A stretch of 62,057 nucleotides of DNA from a virus (Duplodnaviria > Caudoviricetes), in IMG/VR virus record IMGVR_UViG_3300032285_002448, positions 1 through 62,057 of that record. One strand, given 5' to 3'. Below are positions 19,301-28,497 of this stretch, in pieces; position 1 is the first letter of the stretch, and each line of letters begins with the position of its first letter. The notes beneath the pieces were generated by a model. It was not told the DNA's origin and searched no databases. It saw only the letters and a program-made list of their open reading frames with translations. Made by a program: the position numbers and the translations under genes.

Positions 19301-20733
19301 TTAATACCTTACAAGCTGAATTAGGAAACAATAGAGTTACCTCAATTAAACTTAACGAAGGAAGCAAGGCATATACTGAAATAAATCACAATCTAGCATC
19401 GCCAATTTCTGTATTAGTTGAAACTGCGGCAAATCTAGCTTTTGGAATTGTAGCCACGATTGCAATATCATCTAAACAAGTTTCAGTAGGATCGTCTACA
19501 ACATTTACACCTGTAACATTTACAGGCGGTAGTGGTGTTAAGACATACAGCATTTCACCAGGTTTACCAGGCGGCTTAAATTTTAATACTTCTACAGGAA
19601 CAATATCAGGAACTCCTACATTAAGTTCTCAAACTACAGCTTATGCAGTTACAGCTACAGACGCTGCCGGTAAGAGTGTTTCTGCCATATTTACTTTAGC
19701 TGTGTTAGCAGTTGGCGGTGGAAGTGGTGCTGTAGTCAATCACAATGATTGGAACCTATTACAAACTAAGGTAGCTACAGTTTTAGGAGCACCAAGTGGT
19801 AGCACTGTAGATGCAGGGTGGGGACAGCAATCGAGTATTGTTAGTAGTCAAATTTCTGCTTATCAGGAAATTACTGGAGTAGAGTTTAATCAAATAGCAA
19901 CAGATGTCGATACATGCTATCAACACATCAACAATACTCGATATCAACCTTATTCTAGATCACCTACGCCTCCAATTTATTATCTAGTAACTCAAGCAGA
20001 CTATACAGAATTATCAGGCAAAGTTGATTATGTATATTCAAACAGAACGACAGTTTCTCCAACTAAACTAACAAATTCTTCATGGACTGCACAAACAGGT
20101 TCTGTTGCATTTAATCAAATACTTGGTTATGCTTATCAGGTTGAATTTGCAAACAACGCCGCCTTTAGAAGTTTTTGGAATGCAGGTGGATCAATAAATT
20201 GGAAATTTGCATTTGGTAATACCGCCGGTAATCCAATTAGTCAAGGTTGGACAGACTTACTAGGTAACATGGGGTCATTTACTCTTACTAAAGATGCGTT
20301 TTATCAATCCGGACAAGCTATATCTTATCCTGCAACTATAGGGTTCACAGGTGGAGTTTACGGTGGAAACATGTTAGTAGCCCCAAATCCTATTGCTAAT
20401 CCGGGAATTACAAAATCAGCTATAGTATATGAAGCTGATGCACATTACACAAGCAGTTTCTTTTCTATGTGGGTTGGGCTAGACAATGGCGACTTATTCC
20501 AAGCAAAATCAATCTATGTGATAATGGCATTAGCTAATCAGTACTCAGGCACTGGTGGTTCTAACAGCACATCATCTGGTAATGCTATGATACGCCAAAT
20601 TTTAACATATCCTTTCAATAATCAGCCTATTGGTCAGACCCATGCGTATAATTACATAGACGGTACTACAAATTATTCTGCATACTATAACGGTATTGAG
20701 CCGAATAATCCTTTTGTAACAGGACCGTTCTAA
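16381..20733 (+). CDS. Multidomain protein: S8 subtilase + Ig-like + alpha/beta-hydrolase (HSL-type esterase) + Ig-like + family A virion domain
   Basis: S8: VVVDG, NHGTHVAS, AAGN, GTSQATPQVAG. Esterase: WVHGGGW, NYRLA, SGASAGGHL, DTLVP, INH. Ig-like: YSISPGLPGGLNFNTSTGTISGTPT. C-terminal DWNLLQTKVATVLGAP...GWGQ...FWNAGGS. Confidence 0.85.
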   Translation: MSDLIEYIVIVHNIEDKQALHDEIINLGGSECVPDREVDCCLNPTTSRNTHYMMTEAEAELIKQDPRVWDVSRTWQDLGLSVGHFNVSYSQISNHFSKGNTQASTDVNWALLQVLEGQNRFQWGNDSPIQLFDVAASITVPFSGKNVDIVVVDGHADPAHPEFAVNADGTGGSRYNQINWLAYTNAIFNGTNGTYVYTPYGGTAASAIDSLLEANNNHGTHVASSCAGNQQGWARSANIYNIGFGFPDSNPTNSTTNAYINSYFFQYVKYWHQNKTVNPSTGTRNPTICTNSWGYTSTVPRTDILAVNYQGTLYQAPAGGFSAAQLATYGIPCFDGTNCSVPARYTPMESQITDLINAGVIMIGAAGNNGAYIARDTASSTDNNYFNSFLASGGNTYYYCRGSTPSAVTGVINVGALDASYTTAKTYFSNCGPRVDVYSPGYNITGAFSTFAGLSYEGYPQGVADPRNSGYSIGKVPGTSQATPQVAGLVACLLEAFPTAGPADALSYITATAKTGQMVSGQFIYNGFDYSSIQGGNNRVLYASFPNSPVASVALSTVSVKTGSQVKFTPVIGSGGVGQLTYTISPNLPTGTTFQGWIESIPGNTSYSFFHVTSSNSSSIQQGDSISGSGVTQGSFLEWPTDASKTTWTIRPGYSANVGSAGSPISINNGFHINSLTGEITGRVSNVLGLTTYSVTVTGNNISTSASFNLRVNTEASPTVTTEVPYGTDLLQRCDIYQQTGVTPQGVIIWVHGGGWSGGAKSPYGFNSSQGGYWINDYDQINQLAKQGYIVVNCNYRLATAGTDYIPSGGTTNNYHPAGAADIETIIQFCTVANAGSSYSALWNQIVNAVNTYGLIISGASAGGHLVAFAGMKYINDYGNNKITAICPIVGPTDLDWVTLNDTSITQTAKDIVDNYVNSASPVALQAASPRYIYGSDSSPGYVHNAVKNSTVKWIFINNLNDTLVPPALTDNFINTLQAELGNNRVTSIKLNEGSKAYTEINHNLASPISVLVETAANLAFGIVATIAISSKQVSVGSSTTFTPVTFTGGSGVKTYSISPGLPGGLNFNTSTGTISGTPTLSSQTTAYAVTATDAAGKSVSAIFTLAVLAVGGGSGAVVNHNDWNLLQTKVATVLGAPSGSTVDAGWGQQSSIVSSQISAYQEITGVEFNQIATDVDTCYQHINNTRYQPYSRSPTPPIYYLVTQADYTELSGKVDYVYSNRTTVSPTKLTNSSWTAQTGSVAFNQILGYAYQVEFANNAAFRSFWNAGGSINWKFAFGNTAGNPISQGWTDLLGNMGSFTLTKDAFYQSGQAISYPATIGFTGGVYGGNMLVAPNPIANPGITKSAIVYEADAHYTSSFFSMWVGLDNGDLFQAKSIYVIMALANQYSGTGGSNSTSSGNAMIRQILTYPFNNQPIGQTHAYNYIDGTTNYSAYYNGIEPNNPFVTGPF

Positions 20734-20742
20734 AGGTGACTA

Positions 20743-21084
20743 ATGGATGAAAGACTGGTAAAAGCATTAGAGCATGCTGAGTATAGGCAAACTCTAGGAA
20801 TCGAAAGACAACGACTAAAAGACAAAGCACATGCAGAACTTGTTATAGGTTATAGCGGTGGCATGTTTACTGTTGATCGTACTTTGATTGGTTTTATAAA
20901 CTCTATCAAAGAATACGGTTCCGCTGTTATATTAGACGACAACGGATATCCTGTACAAATCGACGACCTGGAAGAATTCCAGTCTCGAGTAGTCAGTACA
21001 TATTTTGAAGTTACCAATAGATATCTCACAGACTACAACGAAATCAAACAAAAAAGAACAGCGGCCAAACTGGTAGATCTATGA
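20743..21084 (+). CDS. Hypothetical protein
   Basis: 113-aa ORF with AGGTG SD, translationally coupled to the next gene. Confidence 0.7.
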   Translation: MDERLVKALEHAEYRQTLGIERQRLKDKAHAELVIGYSGGMFTVDRTLIGFINSIKEYGSAVILDDNGYPVQIDDLEEFQSRVVSTYFEVTNRYLTDYNEIKQKRTAAKLVDL

Positions 21085-21887
21085 ATCAAGGATGCTGTAT
21101 CTTTGCCTTTGATGGCGACATTGCATATGGCCCACAAGCAGTTCTAGCGGCCACTCTAGTTAAAAAGTATCTCAACATACCTGTAACTCTTATTACAGAC
21201 AAACTAACTTCAAGCAATACTAACTGCACTATTTTTGATCAAGTTATTATTATTGAGATAGAAGATACAGATAACTCACGTGTGTTATCTGGCAGAAACA
21301 TTTCATTTAAAAACATCAATAGAAATAGAATTTACGATATTACTCCGTACGATAGGACATTACTAATTGATAGCGACTTTCTAGTATTCAGTGACCGATT
21401 AAAACCTTACTTGGATAGTGATAACGATTTCATGATATGTGAAAGCATGAAAGATTTATGCCCAAGAAGACCTGGGGGCGATGTTTGGTTCAGCCCATCA
21501 AGTCTTCATATGCTATGGGCAACAAATATTATATTCAACAAAACACCTGAAAACAAAATACTGTTTGATCTAGTAGAACACGTTAGAGAGAATTGGCAAT
21601 GGTATGGGACACTTTATCAGTTTGATACTAGAAGATTTAGAAACGACTATGCATTTACAGTTGCATGTCATATAATGAGCGGGTTTGGCTGTGAAAAATA
21701 TCATGTGGCGTTACCTAGTCCTATCTTAATCACTGATAGAGACTCTTTAGTAAAAATAACCAACACAAGCATGACATGGGTACTGGGCGAACAAAATACG
21801 CTTGTCAAAACAACCAATCAAGATATTCATATGATGAATAAAATTGAATTGTTAGAAAAAATAGATACCTTTACATTATATGATTGA
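21081..21887 (+). CDS. Glycosyltransferase-like protein (GT-A fold, GT8-like)
   Basis: ITPYDRTLLIDSDFL (DxD), FRNDYAF and DIHMMNK. Paralogous to the next gene. Confidence 0.6.
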   Translation: MNQGCCIFAFDGDIAYGPQAVLAATLVKKYLNIPVTLITDKLTSSNTNCTIFDQVIIIEIEDTDNSRVLSGRNISFKNINRNRIYDITPYDRTLLIDSDFLVFSDRLKPYLDSDNDFMICESMKDLCPRRPGGDVWFSPSSLHMLWATNIIFNKTPENKILFDLVEHVRENWQWYGTLYQFDTRRFRNDYAFTVACHIMSGFGCEKYHVALPSPILITDRDSLVKITNTSMTWVLGEQNTLVKTTNQDIHMMNKIELLEKIDTFTLYD

Positions 21888-22743
21888 AAAGCTATTAGAC
21901 AAAGGCTATTTTATGATAGCTAACAGTACTAAAGAAACAAACTATCTTAAGTTAGCGTATATAACTGCACTGACTATAAAATTAACACAGCCCGAAGGGT
22001 TTAACAATGTAAGCATTGCTACAACAAAGGTAAAGAACGCACAGGCTTTAAAGTTATCTTGGGTATTTGATCAAATTATAGACTACGAAGGCCCTAAAGG
22101 AATGAATGCTAGATCAAGAGCATACGAGCATACTCCTTATAAAGAAACAGTATTCATTGACGGAGATTTCTTATTCCTTAATGATGTTAGCCACTGGTGG
22201 ACTCATATGCAGAAACACGACCTGTGGTGTGCAACTCGCCCTATGACGTTTCGTAATGAAACAATGACCAGCAAGTACTATCGAAAAGTCTTTCTTGACA
22301 ACAACTTGCCAGACTTTTATTCTGGTTGGTTGTACTTTAAACAAAGCAGAGAAACATCTAAGTTCTGGGATATGATGCGAGCCTTAACTGATTATCCAGA
22401 GACATGGAAATCACAATTAATTAACTACAACTTTGAAAGTATTCCTACTGACGAAGCATGTGCGCTGGCCGCAAAGATGTTAGACATGGTTGAGGACATG
22501 AGTGATCCAAATTTACCATTTCCTAGATTCACTCATATGAAATCTAAATCGCAAGGGTTTGGTGATCATGCAACTAACTGGACTGATTACATAGCATTTC
22601 ATTACAACAAAGACTTTAATGTAAAAGTTGGTCCTTATTTCCAGCAAGACATTTTACATTATACACAGAAAGATCTAATTAGTGAAAACTTTATTAATAT
22701 GTTAGAGGACAAGGTATGGAACAAGTACAAAGACATTATGTAA
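21880..22743 (+). CDS. Glycosyltransferase-like protein (GT-A fold, GT8-like)
   Basis: TPYKETVFIDGDFLF (DxD), FYSGWLYF, PTDEA, FTHMK and ILHY. Confidence 0.6.
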   Translation: MIEKLLDKGYFMIANSTKETNYLKLAYITALTIKLTQPEGFNNVSIATTKVKNAQALKLSWVFDQIIDYEGPKGMNARSRAYEHTPYKETVFIDGDFLFLNDVSHWWTHMQKHDLWCATRPMTFRNETMTSKYYRKVFLDNNLPDFYSGWLYFKQSRETSKFWDMMRALTDYPETWKSQLINYNFESIPTDEACALAAKMLDMVEDMSDPNLPFPRFTHMKSKSQGFGDHATNWTDYIAFHYNKDFNVKVGPYFQQDILHYTQKDLISENFINMLEDKVWNKYKDIM

Positions 22744-23276
22744 AATTTAATTCTTCTACATTAGATATCCAGTCCATGGGCGTTCATTACACAGAAGAAC
22801 CAGAGTTTAGCGTATTAGAAGTAGAATGGAAATTAATAGAACCGTTTTTTGTTGATTTAAAAAATATACACGAGTACTATCCTTTAATTGAAAATAATTC
22901 AATTGTAGGTTTTAGACGTAAAAGGATGTTTAATAGTAGCGTTGTTAAGAATGACGATCTCGAAACAGTTAAGTCTATCAGACCTTATGAAAATTTCATA
23001 GCAGACTGTGCTATACTTGCACAACTAACTGGTAAAACTCTAAAGCTGACTTACGATCAATATCATTTTGATAATATTACCAATCAAGAGAATATCGAAA
23101 GATTGACTTTAGTTAAGGAAAAAGTATATAATATACACATTACAGAAAAGGGTAATCCCTACAATCTATACGACACCAAAGAGATTCAAGTAACTAACTT
23201 TATCAGTGGTGTGCCTGTAGAATTGCCCTACGAAGGTCCAAGCCCAATATCAGTTTATGTCGTTGCTAAAAATTAG
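22716..23276 (+). CDS. Hypothetical protein
   Basis: 186-aa ORF overlapping both neighbours within the operon. Confidence 0.65.
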   Translation: MEQVQRHYVKFNSSTLDIQSMGVHYTEEPEFSVLEVEWKLIEPFFVDLKNIHEYYPLIENNSIVGFRRKRMFNSSVVKNDDLETVKSIRPYENFIADCAILAQLTGKTLKLTYDQYHFDNITNQENIERLTLVKEKVYNIHITEKGNPYNLYDTKEIQVTNFISGVPVELPYEGPSPISVYVVAKN

Positions 23277-24132
23277 TGAGCTAGATTGCATATTCATCTC
23301 ATACGATGAACCAAATGCAGAATTAAACTATGCAAGACTATTGCAGGAGGCACCTTGGGCAAAACGTGTACACGGTGTTAAAGGTAGTGATGCGTGTCAT
23401 AAGGCTGCGGCTAATCTAAGCGATACTGATTGGTTTGTTACTGTTGATGCAGATAACATCGTTAATCCTAAATTTTGGGATTTGGAAATTGATTTAGACA
23501 AGTACCCAAACGCACAAGCATTTAACTGGCCAGGGCGTAACAATATTAACGGACTGCGTTATGGTAACGGCAGTCTTAAAGCATGGCGCAAAGAATTTGT
23601 GTTGAACATGCGAACACACGAAGCCGCAGAAGAAGATAAAGGTCAAGTAGACTTTTGTTGGGAGGCAGGATACTATCCTCTCACTGTTAGCTATTCAGAT
23701 ACTATCATAAACACTACTCCTTTGCAAGCATGGAGAGCAGGTTTCCGTGAAGGAGTCAAAATGTGTTTAGATCGTGGCATCCGCCTTGAGCAAGGTAAAC
23801 CTGCAAAAGATGTCATATGGTGGGAAAACCTACATAGATTGAAACAGTGGCTTACATTAGGTATACATGTTGACCAGGGTGCATGGGCAATCGTTGGAGC
23901 ATGGCAAGGTGTTTATCTTACTATGTGTACTGATTGGGACATTACCAATGTTCGAGACTTTGAAATTCTAAATGAAATGTTTGATAAGATATTTGGAACA
24001 GATCCATTAGAACTAATTCAAATGTATCAACTAAAGGCAAAAGATTTTATTAGTGTTCCTGTTCTTAATGCAGATACAAGCGCATACGTAGTGAACACAT
24101 TTGACGAGTTTTACAGGCTTAATCGTGTATGA
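23257..24132 (+). CDS. Glycosyltransferase-like protein (GT-A/GT2-like)
   Basis: FISYDEPNAE, VHGVKG, FVTVDADN (DxD), YGNGSLK and AWRAGFREGVK. Confidence 0.6.
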   Translation: MSLLKISELDCIFISYDEPNAELNYARLLQEAPWAKRVHGVKGSDACHKAAANLSDTDWFVTVDADNIVNPKFWDLEIDLDKYPNAQAFNWPGRNNINGLRYGNGSLKAWRKEFVLNMRTHEAAEEDKGQVDFCWEAGYYPLTVSYSDTIINTTPLQAWRAGFREGVKMCLDRGIRLEQGKPAKDVIWWENLHRLKQWLTLGIHVDQGAWAIVGAWQGVYLTMCTDWDITNVRDFEILNEMFDKIFGTDPLELIQMYQLKAKDFISVPVLNADTSAYVVNTFDEFYRLNRV

Positions 24133-24826
24133 TTTAATTTTTATCAGTTACGGAGAACCAAACGCTGAAGAAAACTATCAGCGTGTTAAATCAAGGTTTC
24201 CTCTTACTAAGCGTGTTAAGGATGTTAAAGGTATACATCAAGCACACATTAAAGCCGCACGTATGAGCTTTACTGAAATGTTTTGGGTCGTCGACGGCGA
24301 TGCACAAATACTAGATTCATTCAGCTTTGATTACAAAGTACCAGAATGGGATTTAGAATGTGTGCATGTGTGGCGCAGTCGCAACCCGCTTAATAACTTA
24401 GAGTACGGCTACGGTGGCGTTAAACTACTACCTAAGAAGCTTACTATCAATATGGATTTAACCAAGCCTGATATGACTACCAGTATTAGCACCAAGTTTA
24501 AAGCAATGCCAGAAGTCAGCAATATTACTGCATTTAATACAGATGCGTTTAGTACATGGCGTTCAGCATTTAGAGAATGTGCTAAGTTGTCTAGCAAAAT
24601 TATTGACGGTCAAGTAGATACTGAAACTGAAGATAGGCTAGATACATGGTGTCATCTTAATACTGATATACCATTTGGCGCACACGGATATGCAGGAGCA
24701 TTAGCCGGAAAGAAATTTGGTCTTGAGCATGTTGCAGAAATAAGTAAAATTAACGATTACAGCTGGCTAAGAGAACAATATGAAAAAACTTTTAAAAATA
24801 CTAATGACTCCGTGGCAGTGGTATAA
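24125..24826 (+). CDS. Glycosyltransferase-like protein, tandem paralog of the preceding gene
   Basis: FISYGEPNAE, VKGIHQAH, FWVVDGDA (DxD), YGYGGVK and WRSAFRECAK. GTG start at 24125 overlaps the upstream stop. Confidence 0.6.
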   Translation: MYDLIFISYGEPNAEENYQRVKSRFPLTKRVKDVKGIHQAHIKAARMSFTEMFWVVDGDAQILDSFSFDYKVPEWDLECVHVWRSRNPLNNLEYGYGGVKLLPKKLTINMDLTKPDMTTSISTKFKAMPEVSNITAFNTDAFSTWRSAFRECAKLSSKIIDGQVDTETEDRLDTWCHLNTDIPFGAHGYAGALAGKKFGLEHVAEISKINDYSWLREQYEKTFKNTNDSVAVV

Positions 24827-24881
24827 GTCACAAAAGCGTCTTAAAGCGTTAGCAAAACAAGATCCATTTATATACAAATGA
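24780..24881 (+). CDS. 33-aa basic peptide coupled to the carbamoyltransferase (not in ORF track)
   Basis: MKKLLKILMTPWQWYKSQKRLKALAKQDPFIYK*. Its TGA overlaps the carbamoyltransferase ATG (ATGA at 24878-24881). Confidence 0.65.
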   Translation: MKKLLKILMTPWQWYKSQKRLKALAKQDPFIYK

Positions 24882-26368
24882 TTACTTGGGGGATATCAGC
24901 TAACAGTCATAATGCGGCCGTTGCCGTGTTTGCTGACGAACATCTGATATTTGCTTCAGAGACAGAACGCTGGAGCGGAATTAAAAACGATCCTAATCTT
25001 AATAAAGATCTAATCTACTATCTAAACTCTCGCAACCTTACTCCTGATCGTGTAGTTTGGTACGAAAAGCCTTTGCTGAAAACATTTAGACAACTTGAAG
25101 CAGGCCAAGGCTGGCGCTATCGAGAAAACAATATCAAAAAATATTTAAAAGAGTATCTACCAAGTACACCTATAAAGTATATAAGCCATCACAAAAGCCA
25201 TGCGGCTGGTGGGTACTGTACCAGCGGGTTTGATCAAGCCTGCATACTTGTAATAGATGCTATTGGAGAATACGAAACACTTACCATATGGAGTGGGGAA
25301 GGTAGTAAGTTAACTAAACTATACAGCTTAGAGTATCCAAACAGCATAGGACTTTGGTATAGCGCAATGACACAGCGATGTGGGTTGGCGCCAAACGAAG
25401 AAGAGTATATCCTAATGGGCATGGCCGCATACGGCGACCCTAAGAAATACTTTAATAGAATATTATCAGACTTCTTTAGTTTCCCCGATGATGAATGGAA
25501 TCATATTTTTCGTTTGAAAGAAAACCTACATCGTGGATGCAGGTCATGGGCACTGGAACTTAGCACAGAGCAAGATTTATTTGACATCGCAGCCGCAACA
25601 CAAGCAGTGTACGAAACAGTATTTGAACGTGTTCTACAGTACGCTACAAAATTATCATCAAGCCGTAATTTAGTATTCATGGGCGGATGTGCGTTAAACT
25701 GTGTAGCAAACAAACTAACTGGCAAGTATTTTGATAATACATGGATAATGCCAGCGCCGGGCGATAGTGGTAGTGCTATTGGTGCGGTATATGCATCAAA
25801 GCCGCATTGGCGAATGCAACCGTATGAATTCACTCCATTGCTTGGATACGAGATGCGTGGAAATGCAAACAACTACGAAATTGTATCTTATCTAGAAAAG
25901 AATCAGATATGCGGCGTTGCTAGAGGTCAAGCAGAATTTGGGCCACGTGCATTAGGTAACAGAAGCCTGCTTGCAGATCCACGTGGTAATGATATAAAGG
26001 AAAAAGTAAATGCAATTAAACAACGACAACAATTTAGACCATTCGCTCCCGCAATTTTGGAGGAGTTATGTGACACTTACTTTGATATGCCTAGCGGTTG
26101 GAATAACAGTAGGTATATGCAAGTCGTCGCTCGTTGTAGGGTTCCTTACTTATTTCCTGCTATCGTTCATGCTGACGGGACTTCTCGTGTTCAAACTGTC
26201 CCAAAAGATGGAAGCAAGTTTAGAGAACTCTTAGAACTATGGTATGCTCGGACAGGATGTCCTATGTTGCTGAATACCAGCTTGAACATTAAAGGCAAGC
26301 CAATGGTAAACAGTAGGGATGATGCGTTAGATTTTCAAAACACTTACAATATTAAAGTGTTTACGTAG
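24878..26368 (+). CDS. O-carbamoyltransferase (NodU/CmcH/TobZ family)
   Basis: HNAAVA...ERWSGIKND, HHKSHAA, DAIGE, MGMAAYG, GGCALNCVAN, PAPGDSGSAIG, EFGPRALGNRSLLADP, RPFAP and LLNTSLN. Confidence 0.95.
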   Translation: MITWGISANSHNAAVAVFADEHLIFASETERWSGIKNDPNLNKDLIYYLNSRNLTPDRVVWYEKPLLKTFRQLEAGQGWRYRENNIKKYLKEYLPSTPIKYISHHKSHAAGGYCTSGFDQACILVIDAIGEYETLTIWSGEGSKLTKLYSLEYPNSIGLWYSAMTQRCGLAPNEEEYILMGMAAYGDPKKYFNRILSDFFSFPDDEWNHIFRLKENLHRGCRSWALELSTEQDLFDIAAATQAVYETVFERVLQYATKLSSSRNLVFMGGCALNCVANKLTGKYFDNTWIMPAPGDSGSAIGAVYASKPHWRMQPYEFTPLLGYEMRGNANNYEIVSYLEKNQICGVARGQAEFGPRALGNRSLLADPRGNDIKEKVNAIKQRQQFRPFAPAILEELCDTYFDMPSGWNNSRYMQVVARCRVPYLFPAIVHADGTSRVQTVPKDGSKFRELLELWYARTGCPMLLNTSLNIKGKPMVNSRDDALDFQNTYNIKVFT

Positions 26369-27122
26369 CCCAGCCAAAACCTTTTAGCATTATTTTTAAA
26401 CTACTATTATCTGGTAGTTTATCTGAAACCAGTTGCGCAAATTCACGGTCTTCAGTACATTGTGAACCAATCACAGCCATAACTTCATAACTAGACATCC
26501 AGTATGTAGATGAAGTCTGTACTACCAGTTTAGATATATTGATGTCAGCTTCCATTACTGCCGCTACTTGTCTGCGTATATCCCCGTTCTGGCCAAATTC
26601 ACTTGCAAGAGCCCCGGGCGCTGTAGTAGGATCTAATGCAATTCCTCTTACTAATGCTATACGATTTTCATCTTGTCTTAACTGCTCAGCTTGCATAGCA
26701 TCTGCTTGATCTTGTGTTAATTGATTCTGCGCAACTAACATTTCTTTATATTGATTAAATGCATCTATAGCTTGAGCTTGTAAATGATTAGATTCGTTGT
26801 TTGTTTTTTCAATGTCTAATTGTTGTTGCCATAATCTCATAGCTTCAGCATCTTGCAGGGCTTGTGCATTTAAGATTTCATAATCGACAATAGCTTGGTA
26901 TGCTGAGGCTGATTGATCTAATCCTAACGGGTATCCTACAGGATTTAATGTAAACCAATTGCCGTCTATATTAAATTTTAACGTTCTTGTTTCTGATGTA
27001 GGAGTTTCTGTTAATGTCCATACCTGGCCTAGTAAGTCGTAAGGGCAATTGCCAGAACAAATTATCTGATCGTTGCTATCGAATATTTGATATAGTATTA
27101 GGCTGGTTGAAAGGTTAGGCAT
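26361..27122 (-). CDS. Hypothetical protein with central Q/A-rich helical region
   Basis: 253-aa ORF with no recognisable catalytic motif. Confidence 0.65.
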   Translation of the reverse strand: MPNLSTSLILYQIFDSNDQIICSGNCPYDLLGQVWTLTETPTSETRTLKFNIDGNWFTLNPVGYPLGLDQSASAYQAIVDYEILNAQALQDAEAMRLWQQQLDIEKTNNESNHLQAQAIDAFNQYKEMLVAQNQLTQDQADAMQAEQLRQDENRIALVRGIALDPTTAPGALASEFGQNGDIRRQVAAVMEADINISKLVVQTSSTYWMSSYEVMAVIGSQCTEDREFAQLVSDKLPDNSSLKIMLKGFGWAT

Positions 27123-27844
27123 AATTTCATTAGGTCTTGGTATTTTGATGTTAAATCAATTTGAGTTCCAAATAGCTTACTCAATAGCTGTGATATTGCT
27201 GAAGGACTATTAATTAGACGTTGTGCCTTTTCAACATACTCATCACGAGTAATTTCTCCTTTTATGTCACCAATAAGAAAATAGCGTTGAGTTCCTGGAT
27301 CATAGTACAATCTTTTTAATGTATCAAGTGACTCAGGGTATACTGGTTCTGTTGGAGTTGCAATTACTGTATCTATTAAACCTATAAGGCTTTGTTCAGC
27401 TTTTATTGATTCAGCTACATATATATCAACAATGTCTGCTGGGTTAGAAGTTTGAATTAGATTCAATACATTAATACCCATAGTATTAAAAGGTCTAACT
27501 TGCTCAACGTATGTATAAACTATTCCCCACAATGTAACAGCTTCTATTACAGTTGGCTTTTCTATCGCTATACTGTTATTAGTATCTGCCGCATTGCTTA
27601 ACAGTTGTTTTCTTGTGTAGTCAGCAGTATGATCACCTGCTACTAATATATAAGATTGTCCGTTATAATCAAAATAGCCACAATATGTAGGATCGTATAA
27701 GAAATATCCAGTAGGAGCTGTTTCCCAAATTCTACTTGAATCTGGGTGAAATCTTGGTAGATTGATATGAAACTCGTCAGCTCTAGACGGAGTCCATGAA
27801 AGTATTTTTTGTTGCAGGATATCTAGCATATCTTTATTTACCAA
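27098..27844 (-). CDS. Hypothetical protein
   Basis: 248-aa ORF in a minus-strand operon. The start is uncertain (TTG). Confidence 0.6.
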   Translation of the reverse strand: MVNKDMLDILQQKILSWTPSRADEFHINLPRFHPDSSRIWETAPTGYFLYDPTYCGYFDYNGQSYILVAGDHTADYTRKQLLSNAADTNNSIAIEKPTVIEAVTLWGIVYTYVEQVRPFNTMGINVLNLIQTSNPADIVDIYVAESIKAEQSLIGLIDTVIATPTEPVYPESLDTLKRLYYDPGTQRYFLIGDIKGEITRDEYVEKAQRLINSPSAISQLLSKLFGTQIDLTSKYQDLMKLCLTFQPA

Positions 27845-27846
27845 TT

Positions 27847-28497
27847 TTATGTTTGGGTGTCTTCATCATTAACTGCGTACATTTTTGTGTAAATTTCTTC
27901 AAGTGCATTGTCAGGCCAAGAAGAATTTTTGTAAACATGTTCTTCTAGATATTTAAAATCAAACCTGCCTTGCTCTGTTTTAGCTCGTATAATTTGAGAT
28001 TCTTCTGGACTAAACGCTGGCATCATTATCTCCATACCAACTGGCTGTTCCCCGTATGTAAAACAATTAAAAAATCCAAATGTTTTGAGATTTTTATCTT
28101 CATCTATAAAGAAATATTCTGGATCCATAGTGACTTTGTATACTTTTTCTTGTCTAAAATCCATGCACATCTGTGTCAGCTGATCTTTCCAATCAGGGCA
28201 ATACTGATCTAATGTTTCGCCTCTATCAAGGATGTCTTTACAGAAGTGTCCTCCAAATCTTAGATAGACTCTCCATCCATCTCTGTTTTCTTGTCCAAAC
28301 TGTGGGCACCATTTGTATTTAGATAACGGTCCTGTTACATGATTAAGGTCCCGCACAAAGCATGATCTTACAAATAGTAAAGAGCATGTTGGGCGTTCTA
28401 CGTATGCTGTGCAAATGTAACTGTTATCTTTGGCCTTATAAAGATGAAAAATTCCTTCTTTGATAAATTCCCAATTTTCGCTCATCGGTTCTCTCAT
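27847..28497 (-). CDS. Degenerate protein-kinase-like fold protein (paralog 1)
   Basis: PDWKDQL...YKVTMDPEYFFID...LKTFGFF aligns with 35457..36146 and 40582..41259. Start MREPMSEN gives an ATGA overlap. Confidence 0.5.
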   Translation of the reverse strand: MREPMSENWEFIKEGIFHLYKAKDNSYICTAYVERPTCSLLFVRSCFVRDLNHVTGPLSKYKWCPQFGQENRDGWRVYLRFGGHFCKDILDRGETLDQYCPDWKDQLTQMCMDFRQEKVYKVTMDPEYFFIDEDKNLKTFGFFNCFTYGEQPVGMEIMMPAFSPEESQIIRAKTEQGRFDFKYLEEHVYKNSSWPDNALEEIYTKMYAVNDEDTQT

